NCBI GenBank assembly: GCA_963799845.1
Contig: CAWCYI010000006.1
Span: 640,001-704,000 of the forward strand
Direction: 5' to 3'
Source of the DNA: an uncultured Nitrososphaerota archaeon
GTDB lineage: Archaea > Thermoproteota > Nitrososphaeria > Nitrososphaerales > CADDZS01
Length of the DNA stretch: 64,000 bases
Shown here: positions 20,794 through 31,525 of the stretch, one piece after another
Numbering within the stretch: position 1 is the first letter of the stretch
Layout of the letters: each line of letters begins with the position of its first letter
Made by a program: the position numbers and the translations under genes
Notes under the pieces: generated by a model
Database searches by the model: none
The model's input: the letters and a program-made list of their open reading frames with translations, nothing else
What the model was told of the DNA's origin: nothing

Positions 20794-22059
20794 ATGTAAC
20801 CGGAAACGTCATCTGATGACGAGAACGCTCCCGAAGATGGAGCAACTATCCCAAGAGGAAGCGATGACGCTCCCATTCCTGCCGAGCGAACTATCGCTTC
20901 AGAGAGGAGATGGAGTAACCTCTCCTTTCCTCTGACGATAGTATTTGGCGTCTCGTTCATCTTTTTCCTGTATACGGCGAGTTATTCATGGTATGTGGGA
21001 GGGGGGGCTATGACTCAGAGCGTGCCCTGGCTGTATTCATCGGTTGCGATCTCGGGAGCAAGCCTCTTCGCGCTGAGCAATCTCTACATTTCCAGAAAAC
21101 TCCCGAAAATTACGTCTCTTCAAAGGTTTTTGCTATCATTCTTCGACCTAGGGGCATACTTTTGCCTTGTAGCGCTGGTCGTGTGGGGTTTGCTCTTTCC
21201 GATCCTGCGTCCGATCACCGATCCGAATTTTCAACTTTACTTACTTGGGCAAAAAAGTCTCGCGATGGATCTGTACACGGGGTTGGTCCTTTGCTCGATC
21301 GTGATCGTTTTCCGCATTGCGCTTCAGCTGCTAATTGCTCGTTCCAGCACAATCATGATTGTATCCCCTTCAAAGCCGCAATTCGGAAACACAATTCCGG
21401 TTAGAGATTCCTCGACGGATGGCGGTTCTCTTGAAAGCAAGATCTCATCAATCCACATGGAGATAACAAGGTTGAGAGAGGAAATCGCGTCGCTAAGTGC
21501 TCCGGGTACTGCTCTGAGGCTTACCAATCTGATGGGGGCGGTTGAATCGCCCGCGAATAACCGAGAATCGCCGGTTTCACTGGTAGACGAGATGGAAACG
21601 CTACCGTCAAGTCTAGCAGAAACCTTCGTGCAAAACCTTCCAACCAGAGATTCGGTTTCTCAAGAAACTGGAATGGAAGAAATGACAAACGGTGAGGTCA
21701 TCCAATCCGAGGCAAACTTTTCTCCAGAGTATTTTGCAAGTGCTGGAGGTCCACAGATTCCCGATTCTGCCAGGGATAATCCCTGGGCCTCGGTGCTTTC
21801 TAGAAGACAGCCGACGGCCCAGTCGAAGCCCATTCAGAAAAGAAGGGCAATCAAAAAGTCAAAGAAAAGGGTGCAAAAAGAAAAGCCTGGAGAAGATTCT
21901 CCGCCCATTCCTGTAGGAGTCGTGAAACTGGAACCGGGATCATCATCCCCGGTATCCGACGACGCACGCGACAGCCTGTCCTACTTCGCAATAATTTCTT
22001 CTGACAAAGATACTAGAGCCTTAGTCCGTCGCGTCGTGTTAGTTATCTGTAATACTTGA
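20794..22059 (+). CDS. Four-TM membrane protein with coiled coil and arcadin-2-like helix; ATG 20794 is followed by an in-frame TAA (possible error), computed ORF starts at 20995
   Basis: Frame is open 20800-22056 and adds a TM (NLSFPLTIVFGVSFIFFLY); coiled coil LESKISSIHMEITRLREEIASL; IPDSARDNPWASVLSRR. Confidence 0.7.
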
Positions 22060-22223
22060 ATCATGCAAGCAACTTCGGCGACAGCGCGGCGGCTCGTGCG
22101 GTCTCCCACGTTGGAAACGTTTGATGCGATGATTAGTTGAAACTTGTTTCGTTCGAGCTACTCTGCGCGGTTTAGAACTCAGAAAGTTTAGAAACGGACG
22201 ACCAGCAAGTCCTCCCAATTAGA

Positions 22224-23555
22224 ATGCAAATTGGCCGTCGGTCAGATTTTGACAGACTTCTTTCCACAATAGATTCTATGAAAGACGAGATTGTCCAGCT
22301 CGCCTCTGACTTGGTCAAAATTCAGAGCGTCAACCCGAAGTACCCGGATGCCGATGCGGAAAAGTTCCTCGGCGGGGAGAAGGAGTGCAATCAATTTCTG
22401 GCTCGCCAACTTACCGATTTTGGCTGCGAGATAGATCTCTTTGAAAAGTTGAGAGACCGGACGAATCTAGTTGGAAAGCTCAAGGGACAGGGGAGTGGCA
22501 GGTCAATTATCCTTAATGGGCACATAGACACCGTTCCCTTTGGAAAAGTGGACGAGTGGATCGGAAAAGATCCTCTTAGCGGAAAGGTGATCGACGGAAA
22601 ACTGTACGGCCGAGGAGCTTGCGACATGAAATCGGGAATCGCAGCGATGTGCAAGGCGGTGGAGGCTATTTCCAGATCTGGAATGTCTCTGAAGGGAGAC
22701 GTTACAATTGAAAGCGTCGTCGGAGAGGAAACGATGGACCATCTTCTCGGAACTACGGCGACGGTGGAGAGAGGCTATCGGTCGAACGCAGCGATAGTTT
22801 GCGAGCCAACGTCACTGTGCCTCGATCCGGTTACAACTGGAGTACTGCTGTTAACCATCAGTGTGGAAGGCAAGGCAGCCCACACAACTTCGCGAGACCA
22901 GATGATTAGGCCTGGCGGGGGCGGTGATGAAATCGGTGTCAACGCGATCGAAAAAGGTGTGAAGGTGATCGAAGCCCTTCAAGAATTAGAGCGCCAGTGG
23001 GGCATTACGAAAAAGCACCCCTTGTTCAATCCTGGTCATTTTGTGATCCATCCTGGCGTGATCGACGGCGCACCAACCGGCCACAGGTATGTTGCCGTGG
23101 TTCCGGACTATTGCAAAATCGATTACGCGATACTTTACAATCCCTCGGAAACTATCGAACAGGTCAAGGAAGAAATAGAAGAATACGTGTTGAATGCATC
23201 CAAGCTGGACACCTGGCTATCAAGGCATTCCCCAAAGTTCAACTGGTGGGGAAGCTGGCCCTCGGGCGAAATCAGTCCCAGCCACCCGATATGCGAGTCG
23301 GTCAAATTAGGGCATGCAATCGTCGAGAGCGAGCCGGTATCTGGTATCGTGATCAAGGGGATGCCCGCACCGGTTGATGTGCCGTTTCTTGATGCGGCCG
23401 GAATCCCAACCGTAGCCTTTGGGCCTGGAGATTTGCCTCAAGCTCACGTAGAGAATGAATATGTTCGGGTCGATCAACTCGTGGCAGCAACCAAGGTGCT
23501 GGCGGTGGCCGTGGCGGACTGGTGTGGATATAGTTCTCAAAACAACGGAAAGTGA
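22224..23555 (+). CDS. M20 ArgE/DapE-family deacylase
   Basis: LNGHIDTVP, GRGACDMKSG, VGEE, CEPT, AHVENEY. Confidence 0.93.
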   Translation: MQIGRRSDFDRLLSTIDSMKDEIVQLASDLVKIQSVNPKYPDADAEKFLGGEKECNQFLARQLTDFGCEIDLFEKLRDRTNLVGKLKGQGSGRSIILNGHIDTVPFGKVDEWIGKDPLSGKVIDGKLYGRGACDMKSGIAAMCKAVEAISRSGMSLKGDVTIESVVGEETMDHLLGTTATVERGYRSNAAIVCEPTSLCLDPVTTGVLLLTISVEGKAAHTTSRDQMIRPGGGGDEIGVNAIEKGVKVIEALQELERQWGITKKHPLFNPGHFVIHPGVIDGAPTGHRYVAVVPDYCKIDYAILYNPSETIEQVKEEIEEYVLNASKLDTWLSRHSPKFNWWGSWPSGEISPSHPICESVKLGHAIVESEPVSGIVIKGMPAPVDVPFLDAAGIPTVAFGPGDLPQAHVENEYVRVDQLVAATKVLAVAVADWCGYSSQNNGK

Positions 23556-23601
23556 CCAAGGTAACATTGCTTAAATAACAGCCCGTAGTTACCCAGACTT
23601 T

Positions 23602-25110
23602 ATGCATATGAATTTTCCAAAAAATGGCAACAGGTCAATTTCGACTGTTGTGGCTGTAGTCATCGTTATAGTCATCCTGATAATCGCAGGTGCAGGCGCT
23701 TACCTTGCCCTGGGCTCCAAGAGCTCCACCACGACGACAACGAGTTCTTCGTCGACTTCTTCCACTTCTAGCTCATCCACCACCTCTTCGTCGAGTTCCA
23801 GCTCGGCGCCAGCGGTTAACTCTACAATTCAGATTGTTTTCGGCGCTAGTCTTTCGCTTACCGGAGGGGCGCAACCTTTTGGGTTGGAAGATAACTGGAC
23901 GCTAAACCAAGCCGTCAATTACGTCAACAGTCTTGGCGGGATTCCTCTGCAGAACGGTACGCACGCGATGATTAAGCTAGTCGTGTTAGACGACCAGTCT
24001 AGCGACACGACATCAATCAACAACTACAACACCTTGGTCACGACGGATCATGCCGTAGTCTTGATGGGACAGCTCGGCACAATAGATGATTTGATCGCCG
24101 GGAATTTTGCACAGCAGCACCAGATTCCTCTGATCGGACCTTACTACCTGTCAGCTGCAAAGCAGTGCACGCCCGAACCAACCTGCGTTAACTCATGGGT
24201 CTTTGGAACTTTCCACAACGAAACTAACGAGGCTCATGTTTTCTTCAACTGGTTCAAGACCGTCGATCCTTCAACAAGCACTCACAACGTCACTATAGCC
24301 TTCTTTGAAGAGACTGACGACTCTGCTCAGGCAAACTATGCCGCGGGCAAGGCTTACGCTGAACAGCTGGGCTACACTGTTTGCACTTGTTCTGACACAA
24401 CCTTCCAGGCTGGCAGCTCCTCAGAGATGCAGAGCTTCCTCACAGCTGCAAAAACTGCGGGAGCCGAAGCAGTCTTCGGTCTGCCTTCGCCGGGAGACGC
24501 TGCACTAATGATTAACACTGCAAAGCAGATCGGATACCAGCCATTAGCGTGGCTCCTGACAAGGGGAACGGCAGTTGCCCCGTTTGCTGTTCCGCAGATC
24601 GGCGGAATCGGTACGCTTGCAAGTGGTGTAATGTCTGCGTTCCCGTGGGCGCCGGGACTTCCCTACTCTGCGGACATCCTCGGTCACAATCTCAGCAACC
24701 CCACAATAGTCAACGAGTACATGGCCGCTAACGGCGGACAACTACCTACTCTTGAGGGCGTCTATTATTCCGGATTTGCCGTAGCTGTCGACGCGATCTC
24801 GCAGGCGAGCAATCTCTCGAATGTTGCAATCAGAGAGGCGCTGAGGACCCACACATACCAGACTTTCATGGGACCCATGAGTTTCAGTCCCGGCGGGCAG
24901 TGGGTGCAATCTGACCAGTACATGTTGCTTCAGCAGTGGCAGCTGGTTTCAGTCAACGGGGCGATGACTCCGGAGCTAAAGATACTGGAGCCGACAAATG
25001 TGAACACCACGAGCTTCATCATCTATCCGTTCACCTTCGCAAATCAGACTGAAATGCTGTGGCCTCCGAGCGGTGAATCCACCATGATCACTGCCACAAG
25101 CAGCGGCTAG
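23602..25110 (+). CDS. ABC transporter substrate-binding protein (LivJ/HAAT type), N-terminally anchored
   Basis: N-terminal class-III-like signal/TM, Ser/Thr linker, FGASLSLTG, LVVLDDQS. Confidence 0.88.
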   Translation: MHMNFPKNGNRSISTVVAVVIVIVILIIAGAGAYLALGSKSSTTTTTSSSSTSSTSSSSTTSSSSSSSAPAVNSTIQIVFGASLSLTGGAQPFGLEDNWTLNQAVNYVNSLGGIPLQNGTHAMIKLVVLDDQSSDTTSINNYNTLVTTDHAVVLMGQLGTIDDLIAGNFAQQHQIPLIGPYYLSAAKQCTPEPTCVNSWVFGTFHNETNEAHVFFNWFKTVDPSTSTHNVTIAFFEETDDSAQANYAAGKAYAEQLGYTVCTCSDTTFQAGSSSEMQSFLTAAKTAGAEAVFGLPSPGDAALMINTAKQIGYQPLAWLLTRGTAVAPFAVPQIGGIGTLASGVMSAFPWAPGLPYSADILGHNLSNPTIVNEYMAANGGQLPTLEGVYYSGFAVAVDAISQASNLSNVAIREALRTHTYQTFMGPMSFSPGGQWVQSDQYMLLQQWQLVSVNGAMTPELKILEPTNVNTTSFIIYPFTFANQTEMLWPPSGESTMITATSSG

Positions 25111-25169
25111 CACGAAAACTTGGATGTGCCACCGGAAGCAAGCTGGTGCATCCTTCTTCCTATTTTTCC

Positions 25170-26592
25170 CTAGTCTGAATAAGAAGGCTTTCTCAAGTGA
25201 TGATCTGTTGTTCGCTGGAATGCATCTCCGACATTGAAGACAACGTTCTCCCGCCAGTGGGATCCTATAATCTGCATTCCAACCGGCATTCCGTCGCTGA
25301 ATCCCGCCGGGATCGAGAGAGCTGGCAGTCCGAGAAGATTGAACGGATATGTGTTCTCCGTGAGCACCTGGAACGCTGGATACTTTTTTCCGCCGATTCG
25401 AATTGTGTCCTGATCGATTCCAGGGGCGACCGAAGGATTTGTGGGAACGAGTAGGGCGTCTACTTCGCTCAATTTCTTCGCTACTTTTTGCATGATGATC
25501 GTCCTCGCGCGTTGAGCCTTCAGATACTGGGTGGCGAGGACTGTATGCCCTAATTGCACGTACCCGAGCAGGACTTTGCCGTACATCTCCTTTTTTGTGC
25601 GAAGCCAATCCTCGTGATATGCGGCCACCTCGGGCAGCGCTATTGCAAAGATTGTGGGCGTCACGAGTCCTACATCGGGCAGCGTGACATCCACGAGCTT
25701 GCCCGAGCTCTGAAAAAACGTTCACACTTTCTCGAAACCTCACGGTTACTCCTTCATCTGAGTCGCGAATCGGGTTGACAAAGATTCCGATTTTGAGGCC
25801 CTCAAGACTAGGTTCATCGGTGAATACGTATTTTTTTGGATGCGGTGAGCCGAGTGTCGATGAATCTCGATCGTCGAGACCCTGAGAAACTTCGAGGAGC
25901 AACGCCGCATCCCGTACAGTTCTCGTCATGAAGCCGACATGGTCTAGAGACCAGCACATCGAAATTACCCCGGACCTTCCCACGCGTCCGTAAGTGGGTT
26001 TCAGTCCAGTTAGATTGCAAAACGAAGCCGGGATTCTGACAGATCCTCCCGTGTCACTCCCCGTCGAAGCACAGGCTTCTCCGGCAGCGACCGCAGCGGC
26101 CGAACCGCCGCTCGATCCGCCCGGAATCCTCGTTAGGTCCCAGGGGTTGAGTGTCCTACCATAATGAGGATTGTTTGTGGCGATTCCGAAAGCGGCGAGC
26201 TCGTCCAGATTTGTTTTCCCAATAAAGGCCGCGCCCTCTTCTCTCATCTTTGAGATAAAGCCGGCATCTTTCTCCGAGACGTTGTCCTGAAGGATTTTCG
26301 AGCCTCCGGTACACGGCAAACGGACGACGTCGGTATTATCCTTCACGGCAAGGAAGGTGCCGGTTAGCGATCGCGCAGACCCATTCTTGATTTGGCTCGT
26401 GGAAATTCTTGCGACGTCTCGCAGACTCTTTTCATCGACCAGATGAATGTACGCATGGATTTTTTCCTCCTTTTGCCTGATGTTGTCGAGTATCGAATCC
26501 AAGAGGTCTTCCGGTTCGTAGTCTCCGGCACGAAACCCGCGGCGCAGTGACGAGATCGATTCGAATGCAAGGTCTGATTTCGTGACTACCAA
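25170..26592 (-). CDS. Amidase-signature family enzyme; apparent -1 indel at ~25702
   Basis: LAVKDN, GKTNLDE, PGGSSGGSAAAVA, GSDTGGSVRIPA; C-terminal ORF carries PFNLLGLPALSIPAG..MPVGMQ. Confidence 0.9.
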
Positions 26593-26604
26593 CTACCCAC
26601 GGAG

Positions 26605-26799
26605 CTACTCGGTCCTTAATTTTGCGTTGCGAAGGAACCAAGGTTCAGTTTCTCTCGGGATGGGCAACTTATCAGATTCTAACAGACCCCGTGATATCAG
26701 GTCGAGAATTTCCCGATTTTCCTCTATCACTCCGGGGTCAATTTGGATTTTCTCGACCTCTAGGATGATTTTTCTTGCGGCGTCTTGGTCAACTGGCAT
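26605..26799 (-). CDS. Small AtzG/GatC-like amidase partner protein (putative)
   Basis: 64 aa, 12 nt upstream of the amidase, helical, C-terminal LPIPRETEPWF. Confidence 0.55.
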   Translation of the reverse strand: MPVDQDAARKIILEVEKIQIDPGVIEENREILDLISRGLLESDKLPIPRETEPWFLRNAKLRTE

Positions 26800-26902
26800 T
26801 ACTAAAAAACGAGAACCATATTCGTGTCATAAACGTATCACTTTTTCTCTAGCAGTCTGAGGAAGGTTTATGGGAAAAGGTCCCTTACGAGATCGCATAG
26901 CA

Positions 26903-27860
26903 TTGACGTCCGACGGAGAGTTAGCAAGGCACGGAGCTGAGACCATTCTCAGCTTTTGCGCCGGTGTGAAGCTCGGCGAGAAAATCCTCGTAGCTTATGA
27001 TCAATCCGACGATTCACGGTCTAGGATGCTTTCCGAAGGAGCAAGCAAGCTGGGCGCGGTACCTTCAATGGTCGAAATATCAGGACCGGTTACTCGTGAA
27101 CCGCCGCCGCATATTGCAAAATCGATGCTGGAAAACTCGGCCTCGATTTTCTGCGTCAATGAACAGAGAACTCTTCTCTGGGGCCATGCGGACGCTAAGG
27201 TGAATGCGCTCAAAAATGGTGGACGAGGTACTTTTCCTGACGCAGACGCTCGAATCAACTCCTGATCCACCGTCTCTCGAAAAAATTCGCGATCGATCAG
27301 ATCGTATGGCAAACATTCTAGAAAGGGCTTCGAAAGTAAAACTAGTAACTGGCAAGAAGCCGTCCATGCTTGAACTCAGGCTCGCCGGGCGAAGAGCGCT
27401 CCGCCTTTCGAGCATCCTGGACAAGCCCGGGAGCTGGGGTGCGATTCCGGACTATGCAGAGGCTGCCGTTGCACCGCTTGAGAATGAAACTCAAGGCGAG
27501 CTTGATGTGGATGGAATTATCGTCGGCCTGGGAAAAGTCAATTCTCCGATCAGCCTTCACTTTGACTCTGGAAGACTGACGAGGATTTCAGGCGGGGAAA
27601 TGGGGAGCGCGTTTGACAGAATGTTGGGAGAAGAGCCCTCCGCGAGAGTCCTCTGCGAGCTCGGGTTCGGTACAAATCACCTGCGAAAGGAAATCAGGGG
27701 GGAGTTTGACGACAAGAAAGCCCTCGGATCGGTTCACGTCGCGATGGGTGACAATCACACTTTCGGCGGTGAAAACCGTTCCAGCCTGCACATTGATTGC
27801 CTCGTTGTGCGACCGGAGATCTGGATAGACGACAAACTCTTCGACGTCTCAAATGTCTAG
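26903..27860 (+). CDS. Aminopeptidase T (M29)-like metallohydrolase; apparent +1 indel at ~27227
   Basis: PDYAEAAVAP, LCELGFGTN, GSVHVAMGDN..FGG...S.LHIDC; removing one G joins the ORFs as NGGRVLFL. Confidence 0.8.
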
Positions 27861-28888
27861 ACGGATTTATTCTGTTTAGCCGTCCTCCTCATTGAAGAGA
27901 CGAACCTCTTAATCGAAGGCGCAAAACCCTTCGGAAGGAGGACTGCAACAGCCATTATCACTATCGAAAATATCAGGACCTCGATGTCGCTCGAGGGAAA
28001 GTAGGTGTTGACCTCATAGGTTATGCCACTAAACAACAGAGCTCCTATGATGGGCCCCTCAAAGGTTCCGATTCCACCAATGATTACCATAAAAATCGGA
28101 TAAAGCGAGAAGGTCAAGTTCAGGAAGATCGAAGTATTCACAGCAAGTATGTAGCCAAGGTAATACGAGCCCGCAATCGCCGTGATAATGCCGCTGCCAA
28201 CTAGGGCAATTGTCTTGAACAGGAAAACATTCACACCCAGCGTTGAGGAGGCGTACTCGTCGTCGCCCACCCCTCGGAGGGCCATCCCGATCCTGGATCT
28301 CATCATGAAATAAATGCCGAAAATAGTCGCGGCGGTCAAGATCACTCCGGTTTCGTAAAAAACAACGCCGTTTATCACAAATCCTGACGGCCACTGGAAG
28401 TTAGAATGCTTTGCCTCATATTCCACTATTGGTTTCAGGACTATCGGAATCACAAGAGTTGCTATCGCAAAATAGTCGGTGCGCAGTCGGAACGTCGGCG
28501 TAAGAATTAGGGCAAATATCGCGCCGGCAATGGCGGAGGCAAAAATCGCCACCGCCAGACCGTAACCCGCGGAGAGCACGATGCTCGTTACAACGCTGCC
28601 TAGTCCGAAAAACGACACGAGTCCGAGATTGATCAACCCAGCGTACCCCCCGACGAGGTTCCAGCTTTCCGCAAGGATGATCCAGATGAAGTAGATCACC
28701 AGAATTCCTAGCACTCCTTCCTCCGACGGCCCGAGAAAAAGTGGATAGATCAGAGCCGCGAAGAGCCCGATAGCAACGACAATGGGCGAAATCGTTGAGC
28801 CCGACGATGACGAGCTGAAAATTCCGATGCGCTTTGCAAAGCTTCTTGACTTGCTCTCCGCTTCTGCTCCTTTTGTCGTTGAGCTCAT
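27857..28888 (-). CDS. HAAT ABC permease (LivM-like)
   Basis: SWNLVGGYAG.INLG, RLRTDYFAI, GGIGTFEGP. Confidence 0.9.
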   Translation of the reverse strand: MSSTTKGAEAESKSRSFAKRIGIFSSSSSGSTISPIVVAIGLFAALIYPLFLGPSEEGVLGILVIYFIWIILAESWNLVGGYAGLINLGLVSFFGLGSVVTSIVLSAGYGLAVAIFASAIAGAIFALILTPTFRLRTDYFAIATLVIPIVLKPIVEYEAKHSNFQWPSGFVINGVVFYETGVILTAATIFGIYFMMRSRIGMALRGVGDDEYASSTLGVNVFLFKTIALVGSGIITAIAGSYYLGYILAVNTSIFLNLTFSLYPIFMVIIGGIGTFEGPIIGALLFSGITYEVNTYFPSSDIEVLIFSIVIMAVAVLLPKGFAPSIKRFVSSMRRTAKQNKSV

Positions 28889-28903
28889 CCTTCTTCTCCC
28901 CGC

Positions 28904-29881
28904 TTACTTGCCAAACCTGCCAAACAGTCCGGTCGGCTTGACCATCAGGACCGCGAGAAAGATCAGGTATGTCAGAAGCAATCCAAAGTCTGATGGGAAG
29001 CTGTATTTCGTCAATACTTCTAGGGCGACAAAATCTGAGATGCTGATAATTAGTCCCACGATCAACCCGCCGAAGAGAGTGCCCAAGATGCTCCCGACAC
29101 CCCCGAGTATTATGATTGCAAGAACTATTGGAAGCAGAGAAACGTCAGCCGCGTTTGCAGTTATAGAATTTGTAAATGCGTACATCCCGCCGCCCAGCCC
29201 GGCGAGTCCCGCCCCGATCGAAAACGAGAGAATTCTGGATCTCCTGATGTCGACGCCTGAAAACTCGGCGGCCTCCCAGTCCTGAGCGGTTGCACGAATT
29301 GAGTTTCCGTAGTATGTCCTCGAAAGGAAAAAATGAAGCATCGGAATCACGATGATTGCGATAATAAACGCTATGAGTTGAGGCTCCTGAACGTAAAGTG
29401 CTCCGAGATGAATCGAACTTCCGCTGTAGGCTTGGTTCTCCGCCTCGGCACCGTTGCCATGAGACGGATCAATTGACGGGATCAGTGTCAGAGCCCCGGA
29501 AGGGAGTGGAAGCACGAGACCACTGGAGATGACGTACTCTAGAAAGACTGACAATCCGAAGGTTGCTAGAAGAGGACCCTCGAACCCCTTGTTCTCGGTC
29601 TTGTAAATTAGGGCAAAGTACGCCACTACTCCGACGAGCGCCATTATGACAAAATCAAGGGGGAGGGATAGGAGCGGGTTCAGGTGCAGTCTCGGGGTCA
29701 GGACTATGGAGAACTGGATAGTTATGAACGCCGCGAGGACCATCAGAGCTCCGTGGCCGATGTTCAAGATCTTCTGAACACCGTAGATCAGAGAAAGTCC
29801 AATCGCAGCCAGGGCGAAGAACCCTCCCTGAAGCACGCCATTCAAAATTGCCTGTACGACGTCTACTAAGCCGACGGCCAC
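28904..29881 (-). CDS. HAAT ABC permease (LivH-like)
   Basis: ALAAIGLSLIYGV..ILNIGHG, IRATAQD, ILGGVGS. Confidence 0.9.
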   Translation of the reverse strand: MAVGLVDVVQAILNGVLQGGFFALAAIGLSLIYGVQKILNIGHGALMVLAAFITIQFSIVLTPRLHLNPLLSLPLDFVIMALVGVVAYFALIYKTENKGFEGPLLATFGLSVFLEYVISSGLVLPLPSGALTLIPSIDPSHGNGAEAENQAYSGSSIHLGALYVQEPQLIAFIIAIIVIPMLHFFLSRTYYGNSIRATAQDWEAAEFSGVDIRRSRILSFSIGAGLAGLGGGMYAFTNSITANAADVSLLPIVLAIIILGGVGSILGTLFGGLIVGLIISISDFVALEVLTKYSFPSDFGLLLTYLIFLAVLMVKPTGLFGRFGK

Positions 29882-30589
29882 TTACTCCACGACCCCCAAG
29901 TACGCCTCGCGGATCTTGGGATTATCGATCAGCTCGGAACTGATCCCGTCAAGCTCGATCCTGCCGTTCTCCATGACGTAAGAGCGATCAGAAGATTCAA
30001 GCGCCCTCTCCGAATTTTGCTCGGCCATCAAGATTGAGACACCAGATTCTCTGATAGACTCAATCGCCGCGAGAACCCTTTCAAACATAATTGGTGACAG
30101 ACCAAATGAAAGTTCATCTAAGAGCAATAGCTTCGGGGATGACATCAAGGCGCGCCCGATCGCAACCATCTGTTGCTCGCCGCCGGAAAGCGTACCTGCT
30201 GCCTGCTTCTTCCGGTCTTTCAGTGCGGGAAAGAGCGAGTACACTCTCTCGAATCGTTGGTCAAGATCCGCGGATACCCTCGGGGCTCCCATGCGCAGAT
30301 TTTCGGCTGTGTTCATGGTGGAGAAAAGCCTCCGGCCCTCGGGGACGTACGAGATGCCCGCTTTCACCATGCTATGGGGCCGCTTTCCAACGATGTTCTC
30401 CGACCGAAAGCGAATCTCGCCAGCCTGCGGCTTCAGCACTCCTATCACAGACTTCAAAAGAGTGGATTTTCCGGCCCCGTTGGCTCCAATCAGAGAAACG
30501 ATCTCTTTGTCCTCAACTCTAAGAGAAACTCCCCAAAGGACCTGGATTCTGCCGTAGGCGGCGGACAGGTTGTTGATCTCTAGAATCAT
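29882..30589 (-). CDS. HAAT ABC ATPase (LivF-like)
   Basis: GANGAGKST, YVPEGRRLF, LSGGEQQM, LLLDE; ATG 30589. Confidence 0.92.
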   Translation of the reverse strand: MILEINNLSAAYGRIQVLWGVSLRVEDKEIVSLIGANGAGKSTLLKSVIGVLKPQAGEIRFRSENIVGKRPHSMVKAGISYVPEGRRLFSTMNTAENLRMGAPRVSADLDQRFERVYSLFPALKDRKKQAAGTLSGGEQQMVAIGRALMSSPKLLLLDELSFGLSPIMFERVLAAIESIRESGVSILMAEQNSERALESSDRSYVMENGRIELDGISSELIDNPKIREAYLGVVE

Positions 30590-30596
30590 TCTGATT

Positions 30597-31391
30597 TCAA
30601 TTTGATTTGGAAGAAGGTTGGTTCGAGCTTTCCTCACTTTCGACTTTCTTTTTCCCCATATAGGCACTGATTACCTGTTCGTTTCTCACTATTTCAGAGG
30701 GGCTCCCTTCTGCAATGAGCGAGCCGTGGTCGATGACTATTATCCGCGAGCAGAGTTTCATCACCGCGCGCATCACATGCTCTATGACAAGCAGCGTGAT
30801 CTTCATTTCGGTGTTGAGTTTGAAAAGAAGTTCCAGAGTGTCGGAGATTTCCGTAAGATTTAGTCCCGCCATGACCTCGTCGAGCATCAGCAGGCGAGGC
30901 TGCGTCGCGAGCGACCTCGCCAGTTCCAATCGTCTCTGTTCCGCGAGAGTCAGATTTGAAGCCAATACATTGGCCTTCTCCTCAAGGTCGGTATAGCTAA
31001 GGACTTTGCGGGCTCTCTCGGTTGCCGCTCGAATCGAGAGCGTGTGTCCTCTTCCGAAAAGTGAACCCATCATCGTATTTTCGATGACGGTCATTCGTGG
31101 AAGCGGTCTGACAGTCTGAAAGGTCCGCGAGACGCCGAGTTGAGCGATTACGTGCGGCTTTTTGCCCGCTATGTTGATTCCTGAGAAAGTGATGCTGCCG
31201 GAATCCGGTTTGTAGACTCCCGTCACAGTGTTGAAGATGGTCGTCTTCCCGGCTCCGTTGGGTCCGATCAACCCGACAATCTCCCCCTCCCCGACGTCGA
31301 AACTTAGATCATTCACCGCCGTGAGACCTCCGAACTGTTTTGTCACTTCCCGAAGCTGGAGCAAGGGAGCCCGAGAAACTGCCGAATCCAA
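30597..31391 (-). CDS. HAAT ABC ATPase (LivG-like)
   Basis: GPNGAGKTT, RTFQ, LMLDE, IEH. Confidence 0.92.
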   Translation of the reverse strand: MDSAVSRAPLLQLREVTKQFGGLTAVNDLSFDVGEGEIVGLIGPNGAGKTTIFNTVTGVYKPDSGSITFSGINIAGKKPHVIAQLGVSRTFQTVRPLPRMTVIENTMMGSLFGRGHTLSIRAATERARKVLSYTDLEEKANVLASNLTLAEQRRLELARSLATQPRLLMLDEVMAGLNLTEISDTLELLFKLNTEMKITLLVIEHVMRAVMKLCSRIIVIDHGSLIAEGSPSEIVRNEQVISAYMGKKKVESEESSNQPSSKSN

Positions 31392-31525
31392 TTTGAGTTC
31401 TCATCCTGTCTAATGAGTTATTTTAGACCTTTCATCCGAGCGCATTTAGGCCCGTTGAGTATTGGAAGCATCTCAAAATCATGAAATAGCGAAAACGCTA
31501 GGTCTTGCTTTGAAAGAGTGAAAGA

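Noticed and set aside
24976-25700. C-terminal ~240 aa of the 538-aa amidase ORF
   Set aside because: Out-of-frame read-through after the indel; the true C-terminus is in ORF 25170-25694.
25170-26592. Calling the amidase gatA
   Set aside because: LDELAAFG instead of the usual MDEFAMG, no gatB nearby, and a catabolic context.
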